Source of the DNA: Vicinamibacterales bacterium
GTDB taxonomy: Bacteria; Acidobacteriota; Vicinamibacteria; Vicinamibacterales; CAVVIG01
Assembly (NCBI GenBank): GCA_050249955.1
Contig: JBFWPN010000009.1
Span: 126,529-190,528 of the forward strand
Length of the DNA: 64,000 bases
Direction: 5' to 3'
Shown: in pieces, positions 8,407 to 18,529 of the stretch
Layout: each line of letters begins with the position of its first letter
How positions within the stretch are numbered: the stretch's first letter is position 1
The notes under the pieces: model-generated
Databases searched by the model: none
What the model saw: the letters and a program-made list of their open reading frames with translations, nothing else
Told to the model about the DNA's origin: nothing
Translations under genes and position numbers: made by a program

Positions 8407-9614
8407 TGACCACGCCACGGGTGGCCTACGTCGTGAAGCGTTTCCCGCGCCTGTCGGAGACCTTCATTTTGCGCGAACTGCTCGAACTGGAACGTCTCGG
8501 GCTCGACGTCGTGGTCTGCGCCCTGGGGCACTCGGGCGAAGCCACGGTGCACGGCGACTACGCCCGCCTGCGGGCGACCGTGCTCTATGCCGACGACCTG
8601 CCCGACCCGCCCGCCGAGGCGGGACGTCGGGAGGAGCGAGGCCGGCACACCCTGTCGAAGGAGGCACGCATGGCGCGCCGCTTCGTGCCGGCGCTGCGAG
8701 GCAACGGCGTGTCCCACCTGCACGCGCACTTTGCCACCTCCGCCGCCGAAGTCGCGCGCCACGCGGCCGCGGCGCTCGCACGCCCCTTCAGCGTCACGGC
8801 GCATGCGAAGGACATCTTCCACGAGAGTGTGTCGGCCTCCGCGTTGAACAGCCTGGTGCAGGATGCCGCGTTCATCGTGACCGTGAGCGACTACAACGTC
8901 GGTCACCTCCGCTCGGTGTGCCGGGCATCGCGCGTCACGCCGATCCACCGCATCTACAACGGCATCGACAGCACGACGCTGGCCCCGCATGGGACGAGCC
9001 GGTTGCCCGCGAGCATCCTCGGCGTGGGGCGCTTCGTCGAGAAGAAGGGGTTCGACGTGTTCGTCGACGCCGTCGCCGCCCTGCGCGGGGTCCGCCCGGA
9101 CGTGACCGCCACGCTCATCGGCACGGGGCGTTGTGAAGCCGACCTGCGGGCGCGCATCGAACGCCTGGGGCTCGCGGGGGTGGTGACGATGGCGGGCGCC
9201 CTGCCGCAGCACGAGGTGCTCGCCGCCATGCGACAGCACACCGTCCTGGCCGTTCCCTGCGTCGTCGGCCCGGACGGCGACCGCGACGGGCTCCCCACGG
9301 TGATCATCGAGGCGATGGCCCTCGGCCTGCCGGTGGTGTCCACTCCGGTCACCGGCATCCCCGAGATCGTCCGGCACGGCGAGACCGGGCTCATGGTGCC
9401 GGAGCGGAACCCGTTTGCGCTGGCCGAGGCGCTGCACGGCCTCATCGCCCATCCGCCGCTGCGTCAGCGCCTGGCGCGCCAGGCGCGGCTGCTGGTGGAA
9501 CGGGAGTTCGACGCCCGTCGCAGCGCCGTGACGTTGCGCGACCTGTTCCTGGGCGCGGTCCCCGAGTCCGTGGACGACGCCCGGCTGCCCCTGACCGCGG
9601 AGGCCCGCCTGTGA
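8403..9614 (+). CDS. Glycosyltransferase family 4
   Basis: KRFPRLSETFI, HLHAHF, TAHAKD, GRFVEKKG, DRDGLPTVIIEAMA; ATGA overlap with the upstream gene. Confidence 0.88.
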   Translation: MMTTPRVAYVVKRFPRLSETFILRELLELERLGLDVVVCALGHSGEATVHGDYARLRATVLYADDLPDPPAEAGRREERGRHTLSKEARMARRFVPALRGNGVSHLHAHFATSAAEVARHAAAALARPFSVTAHAKDIFHESVSASALNSLVQDAAFIVTVSDYNVGHLRSVCRASRVTPIHRIYNGIDSTTLAPHGTSRLPASILGVGRFVEKKGFDVFVDAVAALRGVRPDVTATLIGTGRCEADLRARIERLGLAGVVTMAGALPQHEVLAAMRQHTVLAVPCVVGPDGDRDGLPTVIIEAMALGLPVVSTPVTGIPEIVRHGETGLMVPERNPFALAEALHGLIAHPPLRQRLARQARLLVEREFDARRSAVTLRDLFLGAVPESVDDARLPLTAEARL

Positions 9615-10768
9615 GGATCGCCTACATCAACGCCGACTCCGGCATCGCCCTGTTCGGCACCAAGGGCGCTGCGGTGCACGTGCGCGACGTGTCGCAGGCC
9701 CTCACGGCCCTTGGCCACACGGTCCGCGTCTTCACCGCGCGCACCGGCCAGGCCCCAGCCTCCTGGCAGGTGCCGTTCGAGGCCCTGCCCGGCACGCACG
9801 AACCCGTCCTCTCGCCGGAGGTCCGTGCGCTGCTGGTGAACCGCGGCACATTCGCGGCATTGGTGCGTGCGCACCGTGAGTCGGCGTGGGACCTCGTCTA
9901 CGAGCGGTACTCGCTCTGGAGCCACGCGGCCCTGCGCTTCGCGCGGCGGTACGACCTGCCATTCGTGCTCGAGGTGAATAGTCCACTCGTCGTGGAGCAG
10001 ACGCGCTATCGCACACTCGAGCGCACGGCCACCGCCCGCCGGATCGAGCGCTACCTCTTCTCCGGCGCCACCCGCATTGTCGTCGTGTCGCAGGAGGTTG
10101 GCGACTACGTCTGCGCCCAGGGGGGCGACCCGTCGCGAGTGGTCGTGGCCAGCAACGGGGTCGACCTCACGCTCTACGAAGGCCAGCGGCCCGCCGGTGT
10201 GGCCAGCCCCGAACGGTTCACCATCGGGTTCCTGGGCAGCCTGAAGCCGTGGCACGGCGTGGACGTGCTGGTGGACGCACTGGAGGCGCTCGTGGCGAGG
10301 GACACGCGCTACCACCTGCGCGTGGTGGGCGATGGTCCCGAGCGGGCGGCGCTCGAGGCGTCGCTGCGTGCCCGCCGCCTCGAGTCGCATGCGACCATCG
10401 TCGGTCAGGTGCCGCGCGAGGAGGTGCCCCGCGAACTGGCCGCGGTTGACTGCGCGGTCGCGCCCTACCCGCGGCTGGACGACTTCTACTTCTCTCCGCT
10501 CAAGGTGTTCGAGTACATGGCGGCCGGCCGGCCGATCGTGGCGAGCCGGATCGGCCAGATCGAGGCGGTGCTCGAGGACAGCGCCACCGCGCTGCTCGTC
10601 GAACCTGGCAACCCGCGCGCACTCGCGGATGCCATCCAGGCGCTGTGTCATCAGCCGGTGCTCGCGGGCCGGCTCGGCACCGCCGCGCGGCAGCGCGCCT
10701 TCGATCGACACGGATGGACACACACGGTCACGGCGTCGCTCGCGGGGCTGCAGGAGGCGCGGTCGTGA
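9611..10768 (+). CDS. Glycosyltransferase family 4
   Basis: GTKGAAVHVR, YERYSLW, LEVNSP, GSLKPWHG, FYFSPLKVFEYMAAG; GTGA overlap. Confidence 0.88.
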   Translation: MRIAYINADSGIALFGTKGAAVHVRDVSQALTALGHTVRVFTARTGQAPASWQVPFEALPGTHEPVLSPEVRALLVNRGTFAALVRAHRESAWDLVYERYSLWSHAALRFARRYDLPFVLEVNSPLVVEQTRYRTLERTATARRIERYLFSGATRIVVVSQEVGDYVCAQGGDPSRVVVASNGVDLTLYEGQRPAGVASPERFTIGFLGSLKPWHGVDVLVDALEALVARDTRYHLRVVGDGPERAALEASLRARRLESHATIVGQVPREEVPRELAAVDCAVAPYPRLDDFYFSPLKVFEYMAAGRPIVASRIGQIEAVLEDSATALLVEPGNPRALADAIQALCHQPVLAGRLGTAARQRAFDRHGWTHTVTASLAGLQEARS

Positions 10769-12546
10769 GCACGCGCGGCAGGGTCTGGGGCGAGATGATG
10801 GGCTACGCCCATCCCTTCCGGCGGCACCTGGTGTCCGCGTTCGTGCTCCTCCTCTTCAGCGCAGCGATGGAACTGCTGAAGCCGTGGCCGCTGAAGTTCA
10901 TCATCGACACCGTCCTCGGAGCCGAACGCGTGACGCTGCCGTGGACCCCTTCGCCGCTCGGTCCGCTCGCCGGCCTGGCGATCGCCAGCGCGTCGGTCGT
11001 CCTCATCGCCATCGTGGGCGGCCTCGCCGAGTACCACGCCCAGGTGACGGTCGCCAAGGTCGGGCACACGGTCTCCTCGACGGTGCGCGGTGACGTCTTC
11101 CGCCACCTGCAGCAACTGTCGGTCACGTTCCACCGCGATGCCGGGTCGGGCGAGATGCTCACCCGGCTGATGAAGGATGTCCACGAGATCAAGGCGGTGC
11201 TCGGCGACGTGGCCCTCGAGACGGTCACCCAGACGGTGCTGCTGGCCGGGATGGCGCTCGTCCTGATCGGGATGGACCCGCGCCTCGGCGTGGTGAGCCT
11301 GCTCGTCTTCGGGCCGATCGCGCTGCTCGTGCGTTACTACTCGGTCCACATCCGCGAGGTGGTGCGGCGCCAGCGAAAGAAGGACAGCCGGGCCGCCTCG
11401 ATCATGGCCGAGGCCATCGCCATGCTGCCCGCCGTACAGCTCTTCGGGCAGGGCCAGCACGCCGGTCGGCAGTTCGGACGCGCCGCGGCCAGCAGCCTGG
11501 AGGCCGAGGTGGCGGCTGCCCGCATGAAGGGGCGCCTCGAACGCTGGGTCGAGGTCATCGTGGCCGCCGGCACCGCCGCCGTCCTCTGGTTCGGCGCCAC
11601 CGCGGTGATGACCGGCACCCTGACCGCAGGCGACCTCGTCGTGTTCGCCGCCTATCTCCGCTCCATGTACCGGCCCACGCGCCGCATCGCCACCAACTGG
11701 CTGCAGATGTCACGCGCCACGGTGTCTGCCGAGCGCATCGTCGACCTGCTGCGCACCGAGCCGGCCGTCAGGGAGGCGCCCGACGCCAGGCCTGCGCCGC
11801 CATTCGTCGGCATGGTGGAGTTCGACCACGTGGGCTTCGGCTACCACGCCGCCACGCCGACCCTGCACGACGTCTCGGTGCGCATCCTCCCAGGCTGGCT
11901 CGTGGCCGTCGTCGGTCGCAGCGGGGCGGGCAAGTCGACGCTCGTCAGCCTGTTGCCCAGGATGGCCGACCCATCGTCGGGTGCCGTGCGCATCGACGGC
12001 ACCGACATCCGGGACTTCACGCTCGCCTCGCTCCGCGACCAGATCGGCATCGTCACCCAGGAGGCGATGCTCTTCGGGCTGTCGGTCCGCGAGAACGTCG
12101 CCTACGGCGACCCCGCGCCGGACGATGCACGGGTGGTGGCGGCGCTGGAGGCGGCGCACGCGTGGCACATCGTGGAGCGGCTGCCAGGGCAGCTCGATGC
12201 GAAGCTGGGCGAACGCGGGGCCACGCTGTCGGGTGGCGAGCGCCAGCGGCTCGCGATTGCCCGCGCCTTCTACCGGAACGCGCGCATCCTGATTCTCGAC
12301 GAGCCGACGACCGGCCTCGATGGCCTGGCCGAGGCGCACGTCATGGAGTCGCTGGGTGCGCTCGTCCGCGGCCGGACCACGTTCGTCATCACGCATCGGC
12401 TGGCCACCATCGCCCACGCCGACCTCGTGGTCGTCATGGACCAGGGCCGCGTGGTCGAGGCCGGACCGCCCGATCGGCTGCGGACCACGGGCGGCGGCTT
12501 CGAACAACTGCTGGCGGTCCAGTCCGTCAGCCTGCGAGCCCACTGA
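10765..12546 (+). CDS. ABC exporter, fused permease/ATP-binding (MsbA-like)
   Basis: Transmembrane domain followed by Walker A GRSGAGKS, signature LSGGERQR, ILILDEPT and ITHR. Confidence 0.92.
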   Translation: MSTRGRVWGEMMGYAHPFRRHLVSAFVLLLFSAAMELLKPWPLKFIIDTVLGAERVTLPWTPSPLGPLAGLAIASASVVLIAIVGGLAEYHAQVTVAKVGHTVSSTVRGDVFRHLQQLSVTFHRDAGSGEMLTRLMKDVHEIKAVLGDVALETVTQTVLLAGMALVLIGMDPRLGVVSLLVFGPIALLVRYYSVHIREVVRRQRKKDSRAASIMAEAIAMLPAVQLFGQGQHAGRQFGRAAASSLEAEVAAARMKGRLERWVEVIVAAGTAAVLWFGATAVMTGTLTAGDLVVFAAYLRSMYRPTRRIATNWLQMSRATVSAERIVDLLRTEPAVREAPDARPAPPFVGMVEFDHVGFGYHAATPTLHDVSVRILPGWLVAVVGRSGAGKSTLVSLLPRMADPSSGAVRIDGTDIRDFTLASLRDQIGIVTQEAMLFGLSVRENVAYGDPAPDDARVVAALEAAHAWHIVERLPGQLDAKLGERGATLSGGERQRLAIARAFYRNARILILDEPTTGLDGLAEAHVMESLGALVRGRTTFVITHRLATIAHADLVVVMDQGRVVEAGPPDRLRTTGGGFEQLLAVQSVSLRAH

Positions 12547-13892
12547 TGGCGTCCGCGCTGTTTCCGTCGGACGAGTCACTGGCGGCAATGCTCACGGCGA
12601 GCCTTCCTGCGTGCCGGGACGCACGTGCCCGCGTGCACCGGTGCCATGTGCGAGAGGTGATCACCGGCCGTCGCGGCAAGGTCTTCGCACTCGCGGAGGC
12701 CGAGGTGGTCCATCTGGATGGGGCCGCGGGGGCGACCACCCGCGGCGTGATCCTGCAGCGGTATCCCGAAGGCGTGGATGCCGTCGAAGAGGGCCGCAAG
12801 GTCTACCGGCGGCTTCGGCGGTTCGCGCGTGAGCGCGGCGTGCGGAAGTCGCTCTCGCCCTGGGCCGGGTTCATCCGCGAGGAGCGGTTGCTGGTCCTGC
12901 CGTTCCCCTTCGATTACCGGCTGCCCGCACTGGTCGACGCCTGCGACACGGCGGTGGTCGCGGCGCGCTTCCGTGCTGCCGGACTGGCGCGGACGGTGCG
13001 GGCGATCGTCCCGGTGCGCTACGTGCCCGAGAAGCGCTGCCAGATCCGGTACGAGATCGAGGATGCCGCGGGCGCGCCAGGTGCGCTGTTCGGCAAGGTC
13101 GTGGCCGACGAGAGCGGTGCGCGCGCGGTGGTGTCCATGAGGACGCTCCACGCCGCCCTGCGCGACAGCCCGGTGGCCGGCACGCCCGAACCCGTGGCGT
13201 ACCTGCCAGAGTGGCGCATGGTGGTACAGCGCGCCGTGCCCGGACGGACCCTGTACGACCTGCAGCGCGAGGAAGCCGTCGATGGGGTGGTCTACCTCCG
13301 CGCCGGTGCGGCGCTGGCGCTCGTGCACCGCACGCCGGTGCCCGAACTGCCGGTCCACGACACGACGCACGAACTCGCGCTGCTGGCCACGGCAATCGGC
13401 AAGCATGCGCTCGCGCCGTCCGTCGAGGCCGAGGCAGGCCTCCTGCTGGCGCAGCTGCGAACAACCGCCACGCACCTGGGTACGCAGCCGCTCGTCACGT
13501 CGCACCGCGACTTCTATGACAAGCAGCTGCTCTGGGGCGACCGGGGCCTGTGGCTCATCGATCTCGATACCCTGGCCCGAGCGCCGCAGGCCCTCGACGC
13601 CGGCAACTTCCTCGCGCACCTGCGGCTGCGCCGTCGCCAGGGGTATCTCTCGCCAGAGCAGGCCACCCAGGCGTCGGGCGCGTTCCTCTACGGCTTTGCC
13701 AGCGGACACCGCGCCGATCGGGCGGGGCTGCACTGGTGGACGGCGGCGTCGCTGCTTCGCCTCGCCACGATCTACGCCGTGCGCCCGGGGTGGGAGCACC
13801 TGGGGGGGCAGCTCGTGGTCGATGCCGCCGAGTCGCTCTGGCGCTCGGGTCTCGCGGGGACGACGGCGACGGTCGGGAGGGCACTCGCATGA
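12546..13892 (+). CDS. Aminoglycoside-phosphotransferase-family kinase
   Basis: Catalytic-loop-like HRDFYDKQLL and LIDLD motifs, ALDAGNFLAHL; TGATG coupling to the ABC gene. Confidence 0.8.
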   Translation: MASALFPSDESLAAMLTASLPACRDARARVHRCHVREVITGRRGKVFALAEAEVVHLDGAAGATTRGVILQRYPEGVDAVEEGRKVYRRLRRFARERGVRKSLSPWAGFIREERLLVLPFPFDYRLPALVDACDTAVVAARFRAAGLARTVRAIVPVRYVPEKRCQIRYEIEDAAGAPGALFGKVVADESGARAVVSMRTLHAALRDSPVAGTPEPVAYLPEWRMVVQRAVPGRTLYDLQREEAVDGVVYLRAGAALALVHRTPVPELPVHDTTHELALLATAIGKHALAPSVEAEAGLLLAQLRTTATHLGTQPLVTSHRDFYDKQLLWGDRGLWLIDLDTLARAPQALDAGNFLAHLRLRRRQGYLSPEQATQASGAFLYGFASGHRADRAGLHWWTAASLLRLATIYAVRPGWEHLGGQLVVDAAESLWRSGLAGTTATVGRALA

Positions 13893-15577
13893 CGGCGCGG
13901 CCTGCGCGTATCGGCGCTGCCTGGCTGGCGCTCGTGGGTTGCACGGCGCTGGTCCAGGCGCAGCCACGCACGCTCATGGGTGTCGGTCCCGGTACGCAGG
14001 TGAAGGTCGAGGGCAGGGCCGCGTCCGGCACCATGTCGGTCGAGCGGTTGCGGGCGCGTGACGGCGACGGCCAGGTTCGCATCGAGGGGCAGATCGAGGC
14101 GATCGAGGAGGGGGGCCATCGCCTGCGGCTCCTCGACTTCACCGTGGCGGTGCCCTCAGGCGTGCGGGTCCTCGACGGAGACCTGCCATTGCCGGGGCCC
14201 GAGGTACTCGCCGTCGGCGACCGTGTCGAGGTGCGAGGCCGGCCGGTCCCGGGTGGCATCGACGCGAACCGGATTCGTCGGTCCCCCCGCGTCGGCTCCC
14301 CCCGCGACGAAATCGAGGCACCGCTCGAGCGCATCCTCGACGCGCGCAGCTTCCAGGTGCTCGGTCGCCGCATGGAGCTGGCTCGTGGCGCGAAGTTCGC
14401 CGACGAGCGCGAGCGCACACGAGGTCAGACGGCGCTGCGGCGCGACGATGACGAGCAGCAGATCGAGGCGATCAGGCTCGGAGACTGGGGCATCGTCGGC
14501 GGTCGCGTCGACACGGCGTATGCCGAACGGAACAACCTGGATCTCGACTGGATACCGGAGCGGGCCTCGTCCGTGCAGTCCACGGTCCGCATGGACATCT
14601 CCGCGCGGCTTGGGCAGCGGGCACTGGCTTACGCCAAGGTGGATCGCACCATGCCCGGCGACGTGCAGGTGAAGGAAGCCAACCTGCTGGTCTCGATTGC
14701 CGGGCCGCTCACCATGCAGGTGGGTCGCGTACGGGTGAGGGATACCTTCGAGTGGTTCGCCGACGACTACGTCGATGCCGCGCGGCTCGGCTTCACCACC
14801 GAACGCACCAGGGCCGAGCTCGGCGTGTCGTTCGGCATCGGGACGCCGGCCACCGGCCGGTCGCGGTCGGACGAACGCCAGCTGTTCGCGTCGGCGACGC
14901 ACGAGTTCTCACGGGCGTTCACCCTGGCGGGGTACTTCCTCCGCCGCGACGATCGTACGAGGCGTGAGCAGCCCCGCTGGCTGATGACGCAGGCATACGG
15001 CCGGGCGGGCGCCTTCCGCTACTGGGGGAACGCCGCGGTGCGGCGTGGACGCTCGCAGACCGCCGCGTTCGCGGGCTGGGCGTACGACACCGGCGTCTCC
15101 ATCCGGCTTGGTGGCCCGATCGTCACACTCGGCTACGCGGGGGCCTCGGGCGACCGCGATCGCAGCGACAGCGTGGATCGCACGTTCCGGCAGACCGCCA
15201 TGGAAGACACCGAGACGAGGCTCGCCGGCTTCAAGCGGGTGCATACCTATGGCGCGCTGCTCGAACCGGAGCTGACAAACCTGCGCGTGACGACCGCCGG
15301 CATCGGCCGCCAGTGGCGGTCCCTGGCGCTCGATCTGGTGCATCACGCGTACTGGCAGGACGTGCCGCGCCGGACGCCCGCGTCGTCTGCACTCGGGCTG
15401 CAACCGACCGGCGATGCCGGGATGCTGGGGCAGGAGGCAGACCTGCTGCTGACGATCCGGCTCGGGAACGGCGTCGACCTGTCGCTGCTGGGCGGCGTGT
15501 ACGCGCCGGGCCGTACGCAGTCGGTGCCGTACCGCCCGGCGTTCTTCGTCCGTCCGCAGCTCCAGTGGTTCTTCTGA
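13889..15577 (+). CDS. Secreted protein: N-terminal DUF5666-like repeats plus a C-terminal alginate-export (AlgE-like) beta-barrel
   Basis: Signal peptide; repeated (V/I)EG..I...L.(L/V)LG/D and LAVGDRVEVRG units; barrel motifs LGYAGASGD, FRQT, LEPELTNL, LGQEADL; terminal LQWFF. Confidence 0.7.
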   Translation: MTARPARIGAAWLALVGCTALVQAQPRTLMGVGPGTQVKVEGRAASGTMSVERLRARDGDGQVRIEGQIEAIEEGGHRLRLLDFTVAVPSGVRVLDGDLPLPGPEVLAVGDRVEVRGRPVPGGIDANRIRRSPRVGSPRDEIEAPLERILDARSFQVLGRRMELARGAKFADERERTRGQTALRRDDDEQQIEAIRLGDWGIVGGRVDTAYAERNNLDLDWIPERASSVQSTVRMDISARLGQRALAYAKVDRTMPGDVQVKEANLLVSIAGPLTMQVGRVRVRDTFEWFADDYVDAARLGFTTERTRAELGVSFGIGTPATGRSRSDERQLFASATHEFSRAFTLAGYFLRRDDRTRREQPRWLMTQAYGRAGAFRYWGNAAVRRGRSQTAAFAGWAYDTGVSIRLGGPIVTLGYAGASGDRDRSDSVDRTFRQTAMEDTETRLAGFKRVHTYGALLEPELTNLRVTTAGIGRQWRSLALDLVHHAYWQDVPRRTPASSALGLQPTGDAGMLGQEADLLLTIRLGNGVDLSLLGGVYAPGRTQSVPYRPAFFVRPQLQWFF

Positions 15578-17527
15578 CTACCTGGGGCGTTCCTCGAGGT
15601 AGGTGTAGCCGTTGAGGCCGGCTTCGTAGAAGCGCAGGAGCCGCCCGCATTCCTCGTAGTCGAGCCGGCCCGCCCGGGCGGCGGCCTCGACGTCGGTGCG
15701 CAGCTTCGCGGCGAGCGAGTCGCCGTCGAACTCGACGTAGTCGAGCACCTCACGCACCGTGTCACCCTTGATCACCGCGTCGAGCACCACCGAGTCGTCC
15801 TCGCCGAGGCTGACGTGCACGGCGTGTGTGTCGCCGAGCAGGTTGTGGAGGTCGCCCAGGATCTCCTGGTAGGCACCCACGAGGAACACGCCGAGGTAGT
15901 ACGGCTGGCCGTTGAACTGGTGCAGCGGCAGCGTGCGCTTCACGTCGCGGCGGTCGATGAACTGATCCACCTTGCCGTCCGAGTCGCACGTGATGTCGCC
16001 CAGCACCGCGTGGTGCGTGGGACGCTCGTTCAGCCGGTGAATCGGCATGATGGGGAAGAGCTGCTTGATCGCCCAGCTGTCCGGGATGGACTGGAAGAGC
16101 GAGAAATTGCAGAAGTACGTGTCGGACAGTGACTCGTCCAGGTTCTGCAGGTCCTCGGGCACCTCGTCCATCGTCTTCACGAGCTTCTGCAGCTTGATGC
16201 AGATGGCCCAGTAGAGGTTCTCGGCGAGCGAGCGCTGCTCGAGCGGGAGGTAGCCGGCCGAGAACAGGTTCATCGCCGTGTCGAGCGCCTGCTGGGCGTC
16301 GTGGTAGGTCTCGGTGGCGTTCCTGACGGTGAGGCTGTTGTAGCTCTCCATCAGGTCGACGAGCGGCTGCTCCATCTCGGGCGTGGGTGCCTTGGGCAGG
16401 TCCTTGCCGTTGTCGCCGAACCCGGAGACACCGAGCACGTTGAACACGAGCAGGCTGTGGTGCGCCACCACCGCCCGTCCGCTCTCGGAGATGATCGTCG
16501 GGTGCGGCACGTTGGCCTCGTCGCACACCGTCTGCAGGTGGTACACGACGTCGCCGGCATATTCCTCGAGCGTGTAGTTCAGGCTCGACTCGAAGTTGGT
16601 CTGCGAACCGTCGTAGTCCACGCCGAGCCCGCCGCCGACGTCCATGTACTGCAGGCCCGCGCCGGCCTTGTGCAGCTCGACGTAGATGCGGGCGGCCTCG
16701 GTGAGCGCCCCCTTGATGATCCGGATGTTCGGGATCTGGCTCCCCAGGTGGAAGTGCAGGAGCTTGAAGCAGTCTTCCATGCCGCGGCGCTTCAGTTCCT
16801 CGAGCCCCTGCAGGATCTCGCCGACCGTGAGGCCGAACTTCGAGCGGTAGCCGCCCGACGACTGCCAGCGGCCGCCACCGCGCGCGGCCAGCTTCACGCG
16901 CATCCCGATCTGCGGCCGCACCCCCACCTTCTCGGCATAGTCCAGGATCAGGCCGAGCTCGGTGTACTTCTCGACCACCGGGATGATGTTGCGGCCGATC
17001 TTCTGGGCCAGCATCGCCATCTCGATGAACTCGGCGTCCTTGAAGCCGTTGCAGATGATCGGCGTGCGGTTGTCGGCCACCGAGACCACCGCCATCAGCT
17101 CCGGCTTCGAGCCCGCCTCGAGCCCGAAGTTGAACGGCCGGCCGAACTCGAACACTTCCTCGACGACATGCCGCTGCTGGTTCACCTTGATGGGGTAGAC
17201 GCAGCAGTAGTTGCCCTTGTATTCGTTCTGGGCGATGGCGGCCTGGAACGCGTCGTGGATGTCCTTCAGGCGGTGCTGGAGGATGTCGCTGAAGCGGATG
17301 AGCGCCGGCAGGTTGATGCCGCGACGCTGCAGGTCGTCCACCAGCTGCTTGAGGTCGATGGAACGCCGGGGATCCTTCGACGGGTGGACCCGCACCTGGC
17401 CGTTGTCGCCAATGGAGAAGTAGTCGCGGCCCCAGCGGGCGATCTCGTACAGCTCCGTGGCATCGGCCGTGGTCCAGGCCTCGCCGACATCATGCGCGGA
17501 GCGCGCCCGTCCCAGCGTGATTTCCAT
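15578..17527 (-). CDS. speA: Biosynthetic arginine decarboxylase
   Basis: YPIKVNQ (PLP lysine), GLEAGSKPEL, CNGFKD, LLHFHLGSQ, DVGGGLGVDYDGS, ESGRA, DITCDSDG, GAYQEILG. Confidence 0.96.
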   Translation of the reverse strand: MEITLGRARSAHDVGEAWTTADATELYEIARWGRDYFSIGDNGQVRVHPSKDPRRSIDLKQLVDDLQRRGINLPALIRFSDILQHRLKDIHDAFQAAIAQNEYKGNYCCVYPIKVNQQRHVVEEVFEFGRPFNFGLEAGSKPELMAVVSVADNRTPIICNGFKDAEFIEMAMLAQKIGRNIIPVVEKYTELGLILDYAEKVGVRPQIGMRVKLAARGGGRWQSSGGYRSKFGLTVGEILQGLEELKRRGMEDCFKLLHFHLGSQIPNIRIIKGALTEAARIYVELHKAGAGLQYMDVGGGLGVDYDGSQTNFESSLNYTLEEYAGDVVYHLQTVCDEANVPHPTIISESGRAVVAHHSLLVFNVLGVSGFGDNGKDLPKAPTPEMEQPLVDLMESYNSLTVRNATETYHDAQQALDTAMNLFSAGYLPLEQRSLAENLYWAICIKLQKLVKTMDEVPEDLQNLDESLSDTYFCNFSLFQSIPDSWAIKQLFPIMPIHRLNERPTHHAVLGDITCDSDGKVDQFIDRRDVKRTLPLHQFNGQPYYLGVFLVGAYQEILGDLHNLLGDTHAVHVSLGEDDSVVLDAVIKGDTVREVLDYVEFDGDSLAAKLRTDVEAAARAGRLDYEECGRLLRFYEAGLNGYTYLEERPR

Positions 17528-17596
17528 AGATCGCGATGATACCGAAGATGACGCCGCTGCGGAGGCGGATATTCGCGGCTCGCGCGCCGCCGCGGA

Positions 17597-18529
17597 TCAC
17601 TTTTTCACGATCGTTGCACCGGCGAGCGACGACAGCGCGCGCGCGTTCACCACGCCGATGCCGCCGACCACGAGCACGGTGCCCGCGAGCAGCCGCCAGT
17701 CGGTCCGCTCACCGAGCACGAGCGAGCCGAGCAGCAGGCCGACGACCGGCATGATGTAGGTGACGAGCGAGGTGCGCGTGGGCCCCCAGGCGTTCATCAG
17801 GGTGAACGACATCAGGTACGCGAGGCAAGAGCCGAGCAGGCCCAGCCACGCCACGGCCAGCCACGCCAGCGGCGACGCGGGCAGCCGCGGCGCCGGCTCG
17901 AACAGCGCGACGCCGGCCGCCAGGTAGAGCTGCGCGAACATCAGCGGCACGGTGGCCTGCACGAGCGGCGACATCCCGCGCAGCGTGCGCCTGGCGTAGG
18001 TCGATGCCCCGGCATAGGAGAGCGTGGCGCCAAGCACCGCGACCTGGCCCCACAGACTGCCGAGCCCATCGCCGAGCCCGCCGCTCATCAGCACCACGAC
18101 GCCCAGGAAGCCGGTGCCGAGGCCCGCCAGCTTCGCCCCGCTGAACGGCTCGTCCTCGAGCCAGACGTGGGCGATCACGGTGGTGAAGAGCGGCTGTGCG
18201 CCATTGAGGATCGACGCCATGCTGGAGGCGATGCGCGTCTCGCCCCACGAGATCAGCAGGAACGGGAGCGCCGTGTTGAAGAGCCCGATGAGGGCACACG
18301 CCACCAGCGTATGACGGTCGCGCGGGAGCGGCGTGCCGCGTACGGCGAGCAGCGCCAGCAGGCCCGCGACGCCGAACAGCACCCGGCACGTCACGAGGAG
18401 CAGCGGCGTGAATCCCTCGCCGCCGTCGCCGAGCGCCACCTTGATCCAGAGGAACGACGAGCCCCAGATGAGGCCGAGCAGGCCGAACATGACCCACTCG
18501 CGGGGCGTGGCCGGATGCGGGTCAGCCAT
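17597..18529 (-). CDS. EamA/DMT family transporter
   Basis: LGLIWGSSFLWIK; about 10 TM helices; LGLLGSCLAY; start reassigned to ATG 18529 (MADPHP). Confidence 0.88.
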   Translation of the reverse strand: MADPHPATPREWVMFGLLGLIWGSSFLWIKVALGDGGEGFTPLLLVTCRVLFGVAGLLALLAVRGTPLPRDRHTLVACALIGLFNTALPFLLISWGETRIASSMASILNGAQPLFTTVIAHVWLEDEPFSGAKLAGLGTGFLGVVVLMSGGLGDGLGSLWGQVAVLGATLSYAGASTYARRTLRGMSPLVQATVPLMFAQLYLAAGVALFEPAPRLPASPLAWLAVAWLGLLGSCLAYLMSFTLMNAWGPTRTSLVTYIMPVVGLLLGSLVLGERTDWRLLAGTVLVVGGIGVVNARALSSLAGATIVKK

